64,000 bases of DNA. Origin: Cyanobacteriota bacterium. Its GTDB lineage: Bacteria > Cyanobacteriota > Cyanobacteriia > Cyanobacteriales > Nostocaceae. Both the position numbers and the translations under genes were made by a program. The stretch is from NCBI GenBank assembly GCA_046045965.1, contig JBJOKS010000017.1:58134-122133 (forward strand), in the 5' to 3' direction. Of the stretch, positions 20,299 to 30,800 are shown one piece after another; position 1 is the first letter of the stretch; each line of letters starts with the position of its first letter. The notes under the pieces were generated by a model, which saw nothing but the letters and a program-made list of their open reading frames with translations, had not been told where the DNA came from and made no database searches.

Positions 20299-22026
20299 AT
20301 GTTAGAACATGATGTAATTATTGTTGGTGGTGGTTTGGCTGGATGTCAGGCGGCGTTAGAAATTGCTAGAACTGACCCCAGGTTAAAGGTGGCGGTAGTT
20401 GCTAAAACTCATCCCATCCGTTCCCACTCTGTAGCTGCTCAAGGTGGGATGGCCGCATCTTTGAAAAATGTTGATCCAGAAGATAGCTGGGAAGCACACG
20501 CTTTTGATACTGTTAAGGGTTCTGATTATTTGGCGGATCAGGACGCTGTAGCTATTCTCACCCAAGAAGCGCCAAATGTAGTCATTGATTTAGAGCATTT
20601 GGGGGTTTTGTTTTCCCGTCTCCCGGATGGTAGAATTGCTCAAAGGGCTTTTGGTGGACATTCCCACAACCGCACCTGTTACGCGGCTGATAAAACTGGT
20701 CATGCAATTTTACATGAGTTAGTCAATAACTTGCGACGTTATGGTGTGCAAATTTACCAAGAGTGGTATGTAATGCGCCTGATCTTAGAAGATGGTCAGG
20801 CGAAGGGTTTGGTGATGTTTCACCTGCTGGATGGACATATTGAGGTGGTGCGGGCTAAAGCCGTGATGTTTGCAACGGGGGGATATGGTCGCGTTTATAA
20901 CACTACATCTAATGATTATGCTTCCACAGGTGATGGTTTGGCAATGACAGCGATCGCAGGTTTGCCTTTAGAAGATATGGAATTTGTGCAGTTTCACCCA
21001 ACAGGGTTGTATCCAGTGGGGGTGCTAATTTCTGAAGCAGTACGGGGAGAAGGTGCTTATTTAATCAATGCTGAAGGCGATCGCTTTATGGCTAATTATG
21101 CCCCCAGTCGTATGGAATTAGCACCTCGTGATATTACCTCAAGAGCGATCGCCTACGAAATTCGCGCAGGAAGAGGTATCAATACAGACGGAAGTGCAGG
21201 AGGTCAATTTGTTTATCTGGACTTGCGACACATGGGTAAAGAAAAAATTATGAGTCGTGTACCTTTCTGCTGGGAAGAAGCACACCGTTTAGTTGGTGTA
21301 GATGCAGTCACCCAACCCATGCCAGTACGTCCTACCATTCATTATTGCATGGGTGGTATACCAGTGAACACAGATGGACAAGTGCGCCGCAGTGCCGATG
21401 ATTTAGTAGAAGGCTTTTTTGCGGCTGGGGAAACAGCTTGTGTTTCCGTGCATGGTGCGAACCGTTTAGGTAGTAACTCGCTGTTAGAATGTGTAGTTTA
21501 TGGCAAGAGAACCGGGGCAAGTATAGCTAGATATGTGCAGAATCGCAAATTACCAGCAATAAATGAACAACATTATATAACAGAAGCAAAAAAAGAAATT
21601 CAAAGTTTATTAGCACAAAAAGGAAAATATCGCATTAATCAAATTCGGCAAGCATTTCAAGACACAATGACGCAATTTTGTGGAGTATTTAGAACATCAG
21701 AATTAATGGGTGAAGGTTTGCAGAAAATAGGAGAAATACAACAAAAATATGATGAAATTTATTTAGATGATAAAGGCAGTTGTTGGAATACAGAATTAGT
21801 AGAAGCATTAGAATTAAAAAGTTTAATGGTAGTGGGAAATACGATTTTACACTCTGCATTTAATCGTCAAGAAAGTAGAGGAGCGCATTTTCGGGAAGAC
21901 TTTCCCAATAGAGATGATAGTAATTTCTTAAAACACACAATGGCTTATTATTCACCTGCGGGAATTGATATTGAATATATGCCGGTGGTGGTGAATATGT
22001 TCGAGCCAAAAGAGAGAAAGTATTAA
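20299..22026 (+). CDS. sdhA: Succinate dehydrogenase/fumarate reductase flavoprotein
   Basis: GGGLAG, SHSVAAQGG (FAD-binding His), QFHPT and HGANRLGSNSL motifs. Confidence 0.95.
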   Translation: MLEHDVIIVGGGLAGCQAALEIARTDPRLKVAVVAKTHPIRSHSVAAQGGMAASLKNVDPEDSWEAHAFDTVKGSDYLADQDAVAILTQEAPNVVIDLEHLGVLFSRLPDGRIAQRAFGGHSHNRTCYAADKTGHAILHELVNNLRRYGVQIYQEWYVMRLILEDGQAKGLVMFHLLDGHIEVVRAKAVMFATGGYGRVYNTTSNDYASTGDGLAMTAIAGLPLEDMEFVQFHPTGLYPVGVLISEAVRGEGAYLINAEGDRFMANYAPSRMELAPRDITSRAIAYEIRAGRGINTDGSAGGQFVYLDLRHMGKEKIMSRVPFCWEEAHRLVGVDAVTQPMPVRPTIHYCMGGIPVNTDGQVRRSADDLVEGFFAAGETACVSVHGANRLGSNSLLECVVYGKRTGASIARYVQNRKLPAINEQHYITEAKKEIQSLLAQKGKYRINQIRQAFQDTMTQFCGVFRTSELMGEGLQKIGEIQQKYDEIYLDDKGSCWNTELVEALELKSLMVVGNTILHSAFNRQESRGAHFREDFPNRDDSNFLKHTMAYYSPAGIDIEYMPVVVNMFEPKERKY

Positions 22027-22043
22027 AATTAGAGGATTTTTTA

Positions 22044-22220
22044 TTTCACGCAGAGGCGCAAAGGAGCAAAGGAAGAGAAGAAGATGAAAATGCTCTTTCT
22101 CTGTGTTCTCTGTGCCTCTGTGGTTCGTTTATTCCAAGTTCTTAGGAACGAACCACGAAGGAGCGTTCGCGAAGCGTCCCGAAGGGATAGGACACGAAGG
22201 AAGAAAGGAGGGAAGAAGGA
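22044..22220. repeat. Cluster of 9-mer-period repeats (CACGCAGAG/CACGAAG families) with a 21-nt insert
   Basis: Related blocks occur at 22415-22445, 45895-46008, 55017-55117, 56875-56980 and 58000-58110. Confidence 0.7.
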
Positions 22221-22477
22221 AGATTTGTTTTTTTTGGCTAGATTATGCCAAAATATACATAAATCCTTATGTATCATCATCATGATTGGGGAAATATTAC
22301 GACGTGTTAATATTGGTGAACAAGAACGCTATATTGACAAGAAGGGAAGATTTATTTATTAGCTGGTGAATCTAAAATAGAGTGCTTAATAATTTATCCA
22401 AAAATACCTCCTCTTCCTCTCTGCGTCTCTGCGCCTCTGCGTGAGAAAATAAAAACATCTACCACCCATAAAAAACC

Positions 22478-23950
22478 ATGATACAAACTCAAGAAAAAAC
22501 CCAAATAGACTGGAAACCCATCATTAAAAAATTCGTCGCTGTCCTGGGTGAAAAAGGGGTAGTCCAACGCAAAGAAGAACTATTAACTTATGAATGTGAC
22601 GGTTTAACCAGCTATCGTCAACGTCCCGCAGTCGCAGTTTTACCCCGCACCACAGAACAAGTAGCGGAAGTTGTGAAAATATGTAATCAATATTCCGTCC
22701 CCTTCATCGCTAGAGGTTCAGGAACTGGTTTATCTGGTGGTGCTTTACCATCAGAAGATTCAGTTTTAATTGTCACATCTTTAATGCGGCAAATTCTGAA
22801 AATTGATTTAGAAAATCAACGTGCTATTGTCCAACCAGGGGTAATAAATAGTTGGGTGACACAAGCTGTTAGTGGTGCTGGTTTTTATTACGCACCAGAC
22901 CCTTCTAGTCAAATTATCTGCTCAATTGGTGGTAATATTGCTGAAAATTCTGGGGGAGTACATTGTTTAAAATACGGTGTCACAACTAATCATGTTTTGG
23001 GTTTAAAACTCGTACTTCCCGATGGTTCAATTGTGGATGTGGGTGGACAAATTCCCGAAATGCCCGGATATGATTTAACAGGTGTATTTGTGGGTTCAGA
23101 AGGAACTTTAGGAATAGCTACAGAAATAACTTTAAAAATCCTCAAAAGTGCCGAATCAATTTGTGTTTTATTAGCAGATTTTACCAGTGTTGAAGCTGCG
23201 GCTGCTAGTGTTTCTGATATTATCAGTGCTGGCATTATTCCTGGTGGCATGGAAATGATGGATAATGTTAGTATTAACGCTGTGGAAGATGTGGTTGCTA
23301 CTAATTGTTATCCCCGTGATGCGACGGCAATTTTGTTAGTAGAAATTGATGGTTTAGAAGTAGAAGTTGCCGAAAATAAACAGAGAGTAGCAGAAATTTG
23401 TTTAAAAAATGGGGCGCGGAATATTACTGCTGCTGCTGACCCAGAAACGCGGTTAAAATTATGGAAAGGTCGAAAAGCGGCCTTTGCTGCTGCGGGACAT
23501 ATCAGCCCTGATTATTATGTTCAAGATGGGGTAATTCCTCGGACTCAATTACCTTATGTTTTGAATGAAATTGAGGCTATTAGCAAAAAATATGGTTATC
23601 AAATTGCTAATGTGTTTCACGCTGGAGATGGCAATTTACATCCTTTGATTTTATTTGATAATTCTATCCCTGGAGAGTTGGAAAAAGTCGAAGAAGCGGG
23701 GGGAGAAATTCTCAAATTGTGTGTAAAAGTTGGTGGTAGCATTTCTGGTGAACACGGTATTGGTGCGGATAAAAAGTGTTATATGCCAGATATGTTTAGT
23801 GATGCGGATTTAGAAACTATGCAATGGGTAAGGCAGGTCTTTAATCCTCAAGGTTTGGCAAATCCTGGTAAAATGTTTCCCACACCGCGCACCTGTGGGG
23901 AAGCTGCAAAAGCATCACATCAGCAGTTTACTGGAGTGGAAAGGTTTTAA
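22478..23950 (+). CDS. glcD: Glycolate oxidase subunit GlcD
   Basis: RGSGTGLSGG, YAPDPSS, GGVHCLKYG, HAGDGNLHP and GEHGIG motifs. Confidence 0.92.
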   Translation: MIQTQEKTQIDWKPIIKKFVAVLGEKGVVQRKEELLTYECDGLTSYRQRPAVAVLPRTTEQVAEVVKICNQYSVPFIARGSGTGLSGGALPSEDSVLIVTSLMRQILKIDLENQRAIVQPGVINSWVTQAVSGAGFYYAPDPSSQIICSIGGNIAENSGGVHCLKYGVTTNHVLGLKLVLPDGSIVDVGGQIPEMPGYDLTGVFVGSEGTLGIATEITLKILKSAESICVLLADFTSVEAAAASVSDIISAGIIPGGMEMMDNVSINAVEDVVATNCYPRDATAILLVEIDGLEVEVAENKQRVAEICLKNGARNITAAADPETRLKLWKGRKAAFAAAGHISPDYYVQDGVIPRTQLPYVLNEIEAISKKYGYQIANVFHAGDGNLHPLILFDNSIPGELEKVEEAGGEILKLCVKVGGSISGEHGIGADKKCYMPDMFSDADLETMQWVRQVFNPQGLANPGKMFPTPRTCGEAAKASHQQFTGVERF

Positions 23951-23953
23951 TTT

Positions 23954-23985
23954 GATCCCCCCAACCCCCCTTAAAAAGGGGGACT
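23954..23985. repeat. CCCCCC-TTAAAAA-GGGGGG hairpin repeat
   Basis: A related copy lies in opposite orientation at 33597-33628; both follow gene 3' ends. Confidence 0.6.
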
Positions 23986-24106
23986 AATATCATCTGTCTT
24001 ATTTATTCCTGATTTATTCCTGATCAGAAAATCATCAGATCCTTATATAATCCTGACAAATATAACTTGATTTTGTAGTTATATATATGAAAAAATTAAT
24101 TTTATT

Positions 24107-25354
24107 TTGCAGATGAATAGGGTGATACGCCGTTGTTTTTCATTATTACTGTGTTTAGGGTTTGTATTCAGTTTAACAGTATTTCCGATTTCTTCTACTT
24201 CGGTTTCTCCTCAAAAAACAAGTTCTTTAATCACAGAAATTCGCGGTGTTTGGCTGACTAATGTTGCTAGTGGTGTGCTTTTTATGCCTTGGGGTTTGGA
24301 ACGTGCAGTAAATCAATTAGCAGCACTTAATTTTAATACAATTTATCCGGTGGCGTGGAACAGAGGTTACACTTTTTATAAAAGTCAGGTTGCTAAAGAG
24401 ATTATTGGTGAATATACCGAACCTTTTTTGAATTTAATGAATCACGGAAATGATGTTTTATCGAAGTTGCTAAGGTTGGCAAAAAATAAAAATTTAAGTG
24501 TGATTCCTTGGTTTGAATATGGGTTTATGACTCCGGTTAATTCGGACTTAGGTAAAGCACACCCAGAATGGTTAACAAGTGGACAACAAGGTATAAGTTC
24601 TGTTACAGAAAATCTGCCGGAGGAAATTAATAATAATGGTGTTTTTAATCGGCAGTTATGGTTAAATCCTCTACATCCCCAAGTGCAAGAATTTATTTTG
24701 GGGTTAATTTTGGAAGTTGTTAAAAATTACAATGTTGATGGAATTCAAGTTGATGATCATTTTGGAATGCCTGTACAATTTGGTTATGATTCCTTTACTG
24801 TTAAACTTTACCAAAAAGAACATTTAGGTAAGACTCCACCAACTGATAATTTTGATCCAGAATGGATGCGCTGGAGGGCAAATAAACTGACTGATTTTAT
24901 GGTCAGAATTAATCAAGAAGTCAAGAAAATTAAGCCACAAGCAAAAATATCTCTTTCTCCCAATTCTCAGTATTATGCCTATAAATACTATCTACAAGAT
25001 TGGGAAACTTGGGTAAATAAGGGTTTGGTAGATGAGTTGATTTTGCAGGTATATCGAGATGAGAATGAATCTTTTATTAGGGAAATTGAACAACCTGCGG
25101 TAAAATTAGCTATGACTAAAATTCCTGTGAGTATTGGTATTTCAACGGGAACTTTAGTTAGTCCTGTGGATATTGAACGCATTAAAGAGAAGGTTAAAAT
25201 TGTGCGCGATCACAAATTTTTTGGCTTTTCTTTTTTCTATTGGGAAAGTTTGTGGGGTTACATCTCTCCTGAATCACCTCAAAAGCGAAGGAAGGCTTTT
25301 TTGGAGATGTTTTCTACTCAAGCTGTTAAACCTTTAAAACTAAAAAAATTGTGA
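24107..25354 (+). CDS. GHL10/DUF187 (YddW-like) glycoside hydrolase
   Basis: EIRGVWL, PWFEYG, WLNPLHPQV, DGIQVDD and QDWETW motifs. Confidence 0.88.
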   Translation: MQMNRVIRRCFSLLLCLGFVFSLTVFPISSTSVSPQKTSSLITEIRGVWLTNVASGVLFMPWGLERAVNQLAALNFNTIYPVAWNRGYTFYKSQVAKEIIGEYTEPFLNLMNHGNDVLSKLLRLAKNKNLSVIPWFEYGFMTPVNSDLGKAHPEWLTSGQQGISSVTENLPEEINNNGVFNRQLWLNPLHPQVQEFILGLILEVVKNYNVDGIQVDDHFGMPVQFGYDSFTVKLYQKEHLGKTPPTDNFDPEWMRWRANKLTDFMVRINQEVKKIKPQAKISLSPNSQYYAYKYYLQDWETWVNKGLVDELILQVYRDENESFIREIEQPAVKLAMTKIPVSIGISTGTLVSPVDIERIKEKVKIVRDHKFFGFSFFYWESLWGYISPESPQKRRKAFLEMFSTQAVKPLKLKKL

Positions 25355-25944
25355 TGCAATTAGTGTCTGTAAAAACTAAATTCAGTGAATTGAATATTTT
25401 AACTTTTACATTACTTTGGAGTTTCACTACTTTAGGTAGTTTTGTTCTAAGTTTATTTTTGATTGAAATTGGTGAAAAGCCTGAAGTTGGAGTCCTAGAA
25501 GCTGTTATTGGTGGATTTGCGATCGCACTTCCTCAATCTTATCTCCTCAGACAAACTATTTTACCTTTAAGCTGGATCATCTCCACAATGTTAGGTTGGG
25601 TACTAATCACAGTTATGGGTGTAGGTGCTGTGGGTTGGTTTGTATTATCAACAGAGTTTTTATATTATCGCATCTTCTTTGGAATTATTTCTGGCGGTAT
25701 TGGTGGTTTAGTGATTGGACTGGCACAATGGTGGTTAGCAGTCCCCTCATCAGTCTCCTGGGGATGGTGTTGGATGTTCCTCAGTTGTGCAAATTGGGCG
25801 ATCGCTCTCAGTATTGGTTCGTTTATAGGTATATTTCTGCGCCGTTTTACACAGTTATTTTTAGGGGAAGTTGTCGGTTTAGCAATTACTTGGCTGATAG
25901 TAGGTATCTTTACAGGTATTAGTGCTTACAGATTGTTGCGGTGA
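25354..25944 (+). CDS. Multi-pass membrane protein of unknown function
   Basis: Hydrophobic ORF translationally coupled to the upstream gene; GxxIGLAQW motif. Confidence 0.7.
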   Translation: MQLVSVKTKFSELNILTFTLLWSFTTLGSFVLSLFLIEIGEKPEVGVLEAVIGGFAIALPQSYLLRQTILPLSWIISTMLGWVLITVMGVGAVGWFVLSTEFLYYRIFFGIISGGIGGLVIGLAQWWLAVPSSVSWGWCWMFLSCANWAIALSIGSFIGIFLRRFTQLFLGEVVGLAITWLIVGIFTGISAYRLLR

Positions 25945-26257
25945 TTGGTGATTAGTGATTGGGGAGGTTAATAAACCAATGACTAATGACTAGAAATATT
26001 AAGAATTGTAATAAATATGAAAATTATTTTAGTTTTTAATTCAGTATATGCCAGAATCTTAAAACATTATTGACAATAAGTTCAGTATAGTTATAAAAAA
26101 GTGATATGTATGTTTGCCTGCAACTAGCAGCGCAGGTTGAATATATCCCTATTACCTTACCGAGATTTCGGTTAAGAAGTAGAGAAAAATATAAATATCC
26201 ATAAGTAAAATCTGAATAATACTTAGCTTTAGACGCTAAGGAGGATTTGTCAGCAGA

Positions 26258-27691
26258 ATGAAAATAAATACAGTTCAATCCGTTTCAGAGTTGACTAAAT
26301 CAGCCTTTTTACAGATTTCATTCGATACAGAACTAGATGAAAAAAGTAGTAGTGAGCAATTTTTACTAAGTATTGCTGCCCAGCAAGCCGAACTACTAAA
26401 ACAGGTAAAATATCTACAAGAGCAGCTAGAATTACAAAAGCAACAGCATACATCACAGTTACAGCAAGTGCAGAATTTTCATGCACTGATACGACGAATT
26501 ACTGAACAAATCCGCGATAGTATTGATATTAACCAAGTGCTGCAAACAGCGGTTCAAGAATTAGCGCGATTATTGCAACTAGAACGATGTCAAATAGAAC
26601 TTTATAATACCAGCCAAACTACAGCTACAATTATTTGTGAGTATAATTCTACTTCTAGTGATGTTCAGGAATTAACCAAAAAAATTGCAGATTTTCCAGA
26701 AGTTTATCACCCACTATTGCAAAAACAACCATTGCAAAATTTAGAAATTCTTCCTGGATGGAATTCACAAATACAAGTAGTTTCCCAACTTGCTTTTCCC
26801 ATTTTCGATGCTCAAGGTATTTTAGGCAATATTTGGTTAATTAAACCGACAGAGGAAAAGTTTAATGAATTAGAGATATCCTTGGTGCAAGAGGTAGGTA
26901 ATGAATGTGCGATCGCTATTCGTCAATCTCAACTCCAGGAAAAAACCAAAGCACAGGTAAAAGAACTAGAAAAACGGGAACGTCACAAAAACGAATTCCT
27001 GAAAACCCTTTCTCAAGAACTCCGCACACCCGTTACCAGCATTAGTCTTGCGGCTCAAACTTTGGAAAGTTTACTTACTGCCAATGGTATTATTGATATA
27101 GACTTAGTACCGCAACTTCTACAGATTTTACATAACGAATGTGGAAGAGAAAGTAAATTAATTAACGATTTACTCACCCTTACCTATCTCAAAATTGAAC
27201 CCGAACCACCGACATTAATTGCTATTGACTTAAAAACTTGGCTAACTCCCATAGTCGAGTCTTTTCGGGATGTTACCCATTGTCAGCAACAAAACTTAAA
27301 TTTACATATTGACAGAAAAATTCCGCCTTTAGAAACTGATATTACCGATTTTGAACGCATTATCAGCGAACTGATCAACCATGCTTGTCAATGCACCCCC
27401 GCAGGTAAATCAATCACCGTTTCTGCTAAATTGGGTGCAGAAGTAATAGAATTAAACATCAGCTATTCTGGTGTAGAAATTCCCATTCATGAACTAGCAC
27501 AAGTTTTTCAGCCATTTTACCGCTTTGCTAAAAATGCTCCTTGGAAAACCAGCGATTCTGGATTAGAATTAGCTTTGGTGAAAGCAATGGTGAACCGTTT
27601 GCACGGGACAATTGATGTTACAAGTGTAGATCAGCAAATCACTTTCACTGTTAAACTTCCCCTTGATCCAGTTTTTTCACTGCACCACTAG
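26258..27691 (+). CDS. GAF-domain histidine-kinase-like protein with degenerate catalytic motifs
   Basis: GAF, HisKA (SQELRTP) and HATPase-like domains. Confidence 0.85.
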   Translation: MKINTVQSVSELTKSAFLQISFDTELDEKSSSEQFLLSIAAQQAELLKQVKYLQEQLELQKQQHTSQLQQVQNFHALIRRITEQIRDSIDINQVLQTAVQELARLLQLERCQIELYNTSQTTATIICEYNSTSSDVQELTKKIADFPEVYHPLLQKQPLQNLEILPGWNSQIQVVSQLAFPIFDAQGILGNIWLIKPTEEKFNELEISLVQEVGNECAIAIRQSQLQEKTKAQVKELEKRERHKNEFLKTLSQELRTPVTSISLAAQTLESLLTANGIIDIDLVPQLLQILHNECGRESKLINDLLTLTYLKIEPEPPTLIAIDLKTWLTPIVESFRDVTHCQQQNLNLHIDRKIPPLETDITDFERIISELINHACQCTPAGKSITVSAKLGAEVIELNISYSGVEIPIHELAQVFQPFYRFAKNAPWKTSDSGLELALVKAMVNRLHGTIDVTSVDQQITFTVKLPLDPVFSLHH

Positions 27692-27730
27692 CGCCAGCGT
27701 CAAAAGTTTGCTATTATAGTTTTTATTGAC

Positions 27731-27802
27731 GGGTGATTAGCTCAACGGCAGAGCATCGGACTCTTAATCCGCTGGTTCTGAGTTCGAATCTCAGATCACC
27801 CA
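27731..27802 (+). tRNA. tRNA-Lys(CTT)
   Basis: GGGTGAT/ATCACCC acceptor stem, anticodon loop CT-CTT-AA and T-loop TTCGAAT. Confidence 0.93.
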
Positions 27803-27842
27803 CTAACCCTTATTAAATCATTGAGAATATTGTATCATACTG

Positions 27843-27869
27843 GGTGCGTTATGGGATTGTTAACGCACC
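27843..27869. terminator. REP-like hairpin / bidirectional terminator
   Basis: GGTGCGTTA...TAACGCACC between the convergent tRNA and WD40-KAP genes. Confidence 0.55.
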
Positions 27870-27876
27870 TTAATTA

Positions 27877-30800
27877 TTATTCTAAGTGAAAACCATAGAT
27901 TTTTTTACCATCTTCAAATCTATATTCACGATTGTACATATCATCAGGGTCATAACCCACATCACCCACAAAACAGAATGATACAGCTAAATTTAATGTT
28001 CTTTTTTCAAACACAAATTTATCTTTTGGTAGCATTTTATTAAAATCACTCTTAAACTTTTTCCACTCCCTTTGGTTATGTCTATCCATAAATACATCTA
28101 AATTTTGTAAATGGTGTATCCATTTATTTTTTTCAAGTTCTACTGTAACTTTTCCTTCTTCCTCAAACTCAAAATAAATCTCTTCCAATAATTTCCGCAT
28201 TTCTCTGGGATATCTACCAGCTAACGCTAAAAATGCAATTAAAGATTGCTTGCATTCTGGTGATGGTTCAACTTTCCAAGTTGTATCATTTTTTTTATCG
28301 TTTTCTGTTGGAGTCCAGATAATTTTAATAATTTTGCAAATATTAATTAATCGCTTTGCAGTTCTCGGAGTTAAATCAACGTGCTGACAACATTCCGATA
28401 TCCATTGAAATTCTTCAGCAGTAAATTTCTGAACAGTAACTAATGGATTTGTATTTGATTCATATTTTGCTTTCTCAACCTTTTTCATATCTTGATCTTT
28501 TTTAATAGCAGCAGACTTATCAATCTGATTTTCTTTCCTTTCATGAGGTGCTGTTTCCACCTTAACCTGATTTAGTTTTTCTAAAGTTTCGGTAATTTTT
28601 GGAGTTTCGGTAATTTCTAAAGTTTCGGTAATTTTTGGAGTTTCTGCAATTTTTGGAGTTTCTATTTTAGCTTTCTCTTCAATATCTAGTAAAGATTGCA
28701 AATAACTTTCCGTCACCTCTTTACTAATAGGTCGCATCCTGTAGGGAAGTTGAATAATTTTCTCGATATAATCAACACCAGAGGGAGTACCACCACGCTT
28801 TAAAACTCCTCGATAATTGTGTTCTAAAGCACGACCAATATAACGATCATCTATTGCTAAAACAACAATAAAAATTTCCGTGTTTAACAATAGTTGTACA
28901 GCTTCTAAAACTTGTACAACCTTATCAGGAGGACAACGATCTAAATCATCTATATATAAAACTATTCTCGCAGGTCCTCTGGGGAAAAGTGGTTTTAAAA
29001 TCTTGCGTTTTTCAGGATTTGTATGTCCTGGAATATAGGTTAAATGATCAGATAAATCTTGCAAATCATCTTGGATTTGGTGCATTATCCCTAAAAGTTT
29101 TTGATAGGAATTTTCATCTAATCGCTTATTGACAAAATCCAACAAAGATGTATATTGAGCAGTTAAACCAATACGCTCTTTTTGTCTTTCGACTTGTAAT
29201 TTGAGTTTTTCTATTTCCTGTTGTTTATCAACAAGTTGTTTTTCAGCTTCTTCTCTCTTAGAATAGATTTCCTTGACTTGATTTTGCTTGTATTCTTCCT
29301 TACGTTGTTCAATTTCTTCCTTGATTTTTTCTTCCTTAGTTTTAGCTAAATTTTGTTTTTCTATCTCGACATTTTCCCTAGCAGCTTGCAAAAATCTTGC
29401 TGTTTTGACTTGCAGAACTTTAACTTTTTTAAATATTTCCACACCAACTGATATTGCTGGAATTGCAGATACACTTGTTAACCAAATTTGTAAAGATGCA
29501 GATATTTCCTTGAGAATAGGTAAAACCTTGGGGATGATATCAATTATGAGAAAATAAGTGATAAATGGTAAAGCTGTTGCACCTAAAAATAGGAATAGTG
29601 TTTTCCTGTCTCTTTTAGTAAATTCTATGATACTAACTATTTTAGTTGGTTGTTCTTGAAGAAAATGAGTAAATTTGTCAGCATTATTAACAATATTTTG
29701 AATTTTCTCATCTTTGTTTCTGACTAAATCTTCTGCTACATCTATGAGATTAGAATTAGCCAATTTATCTAATTGGAACATAGGAAATTGCTTTTCTAAA
29801 TCTTGCCTACTCTGAAAATTACATAAATGGAGAAAATCCTTTAAAATTGAATCTCCCAAATCATCTTTTAAAGTTTCTTTCAGTTGAGACAGAAAAACAA
29901 TTAATATAGATACATCTGTCATTTCTTGCTCAACATTTGATGTAATCCTATTAACTTCTTGAGTAATAAACTCTTGTTCAAGTTGCTCTAATTTCTGATT
30001 ATATTCATCTTCAATTTCTTGATTTATTTCTCTAACTTCTGCTTGTAAATCTTGTAATTTATCTTCAGTTATTTTGAGTTGTTCCTGCTCATCTTGTCTC
30101 ACTTGACGCAAAATTTCCCAAAGTTTATTCCTATCAAGAATTTGAGATTTTAACTGTGCAAATACTTCCTCACTTAATTCTGACTCTAATATGGCTTTTC
30201 TATCACTATCATTCATCTGATTGAGAACACGCCAAATCTCACCACCTGTTAGAGGATCAACTTCCCCAACCTTGATTAACTGCTGTTCTAAAGTTAATTG
30301 ACGGTCAAGTTGATCAAAAATAGTCTGCATTAAACTTGCCCACAAATCAGACTTAGCATAACTCCAAGCATTAAATTTAATTTGATAAACATGACCAACA
30401 TAAGGAGAAAGATTCGGATCATCTTGATCATCACTCCATGTTTGTTTTTCTGTCAGTTTTTGACAGCGAATTTTCGTAATTTGCTTTTCTATCAAGTGCA
30501 TTCCAAAAGATTTTCCACTACCCCAACTGCCTAAAATTGCCACTGCTAAAGGAGGTTTCAAACTCCGTAACATCAACACATCAGCTAAAGCTTGCAGTTC
30601 CTTAGCCACATCTAAAGCATCTTCACCGCTTGCTTGGTCATTGCTAAAAGCTTGGGGAACAGAACGCAGATTAAACCTTTGCCAACGCCAGACTTTAATA
30701 CCATCCTCACCAGCACTGATGATGTAATCTCCTTGGGGGTCAAAAGCAACGGAATGAACCTCCCCTTGATGTTCTCCGATGATGATTTGCCGTTTATGTT

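Noticed and set aside
22041..22362. Overlapping small ORFs between sdhA and glcD (similarly 57831-58249, 59102-59314, 61747-61929)
   Set aside because: They run through repeat clusters and show no recognisable protein motif.
13908..23950. ftsE, sdhA and glcD without their usual partner genes
   Set aside because: Dispersed operons are common in cyanobacteria; the partners are probably elsewhere in the genome.
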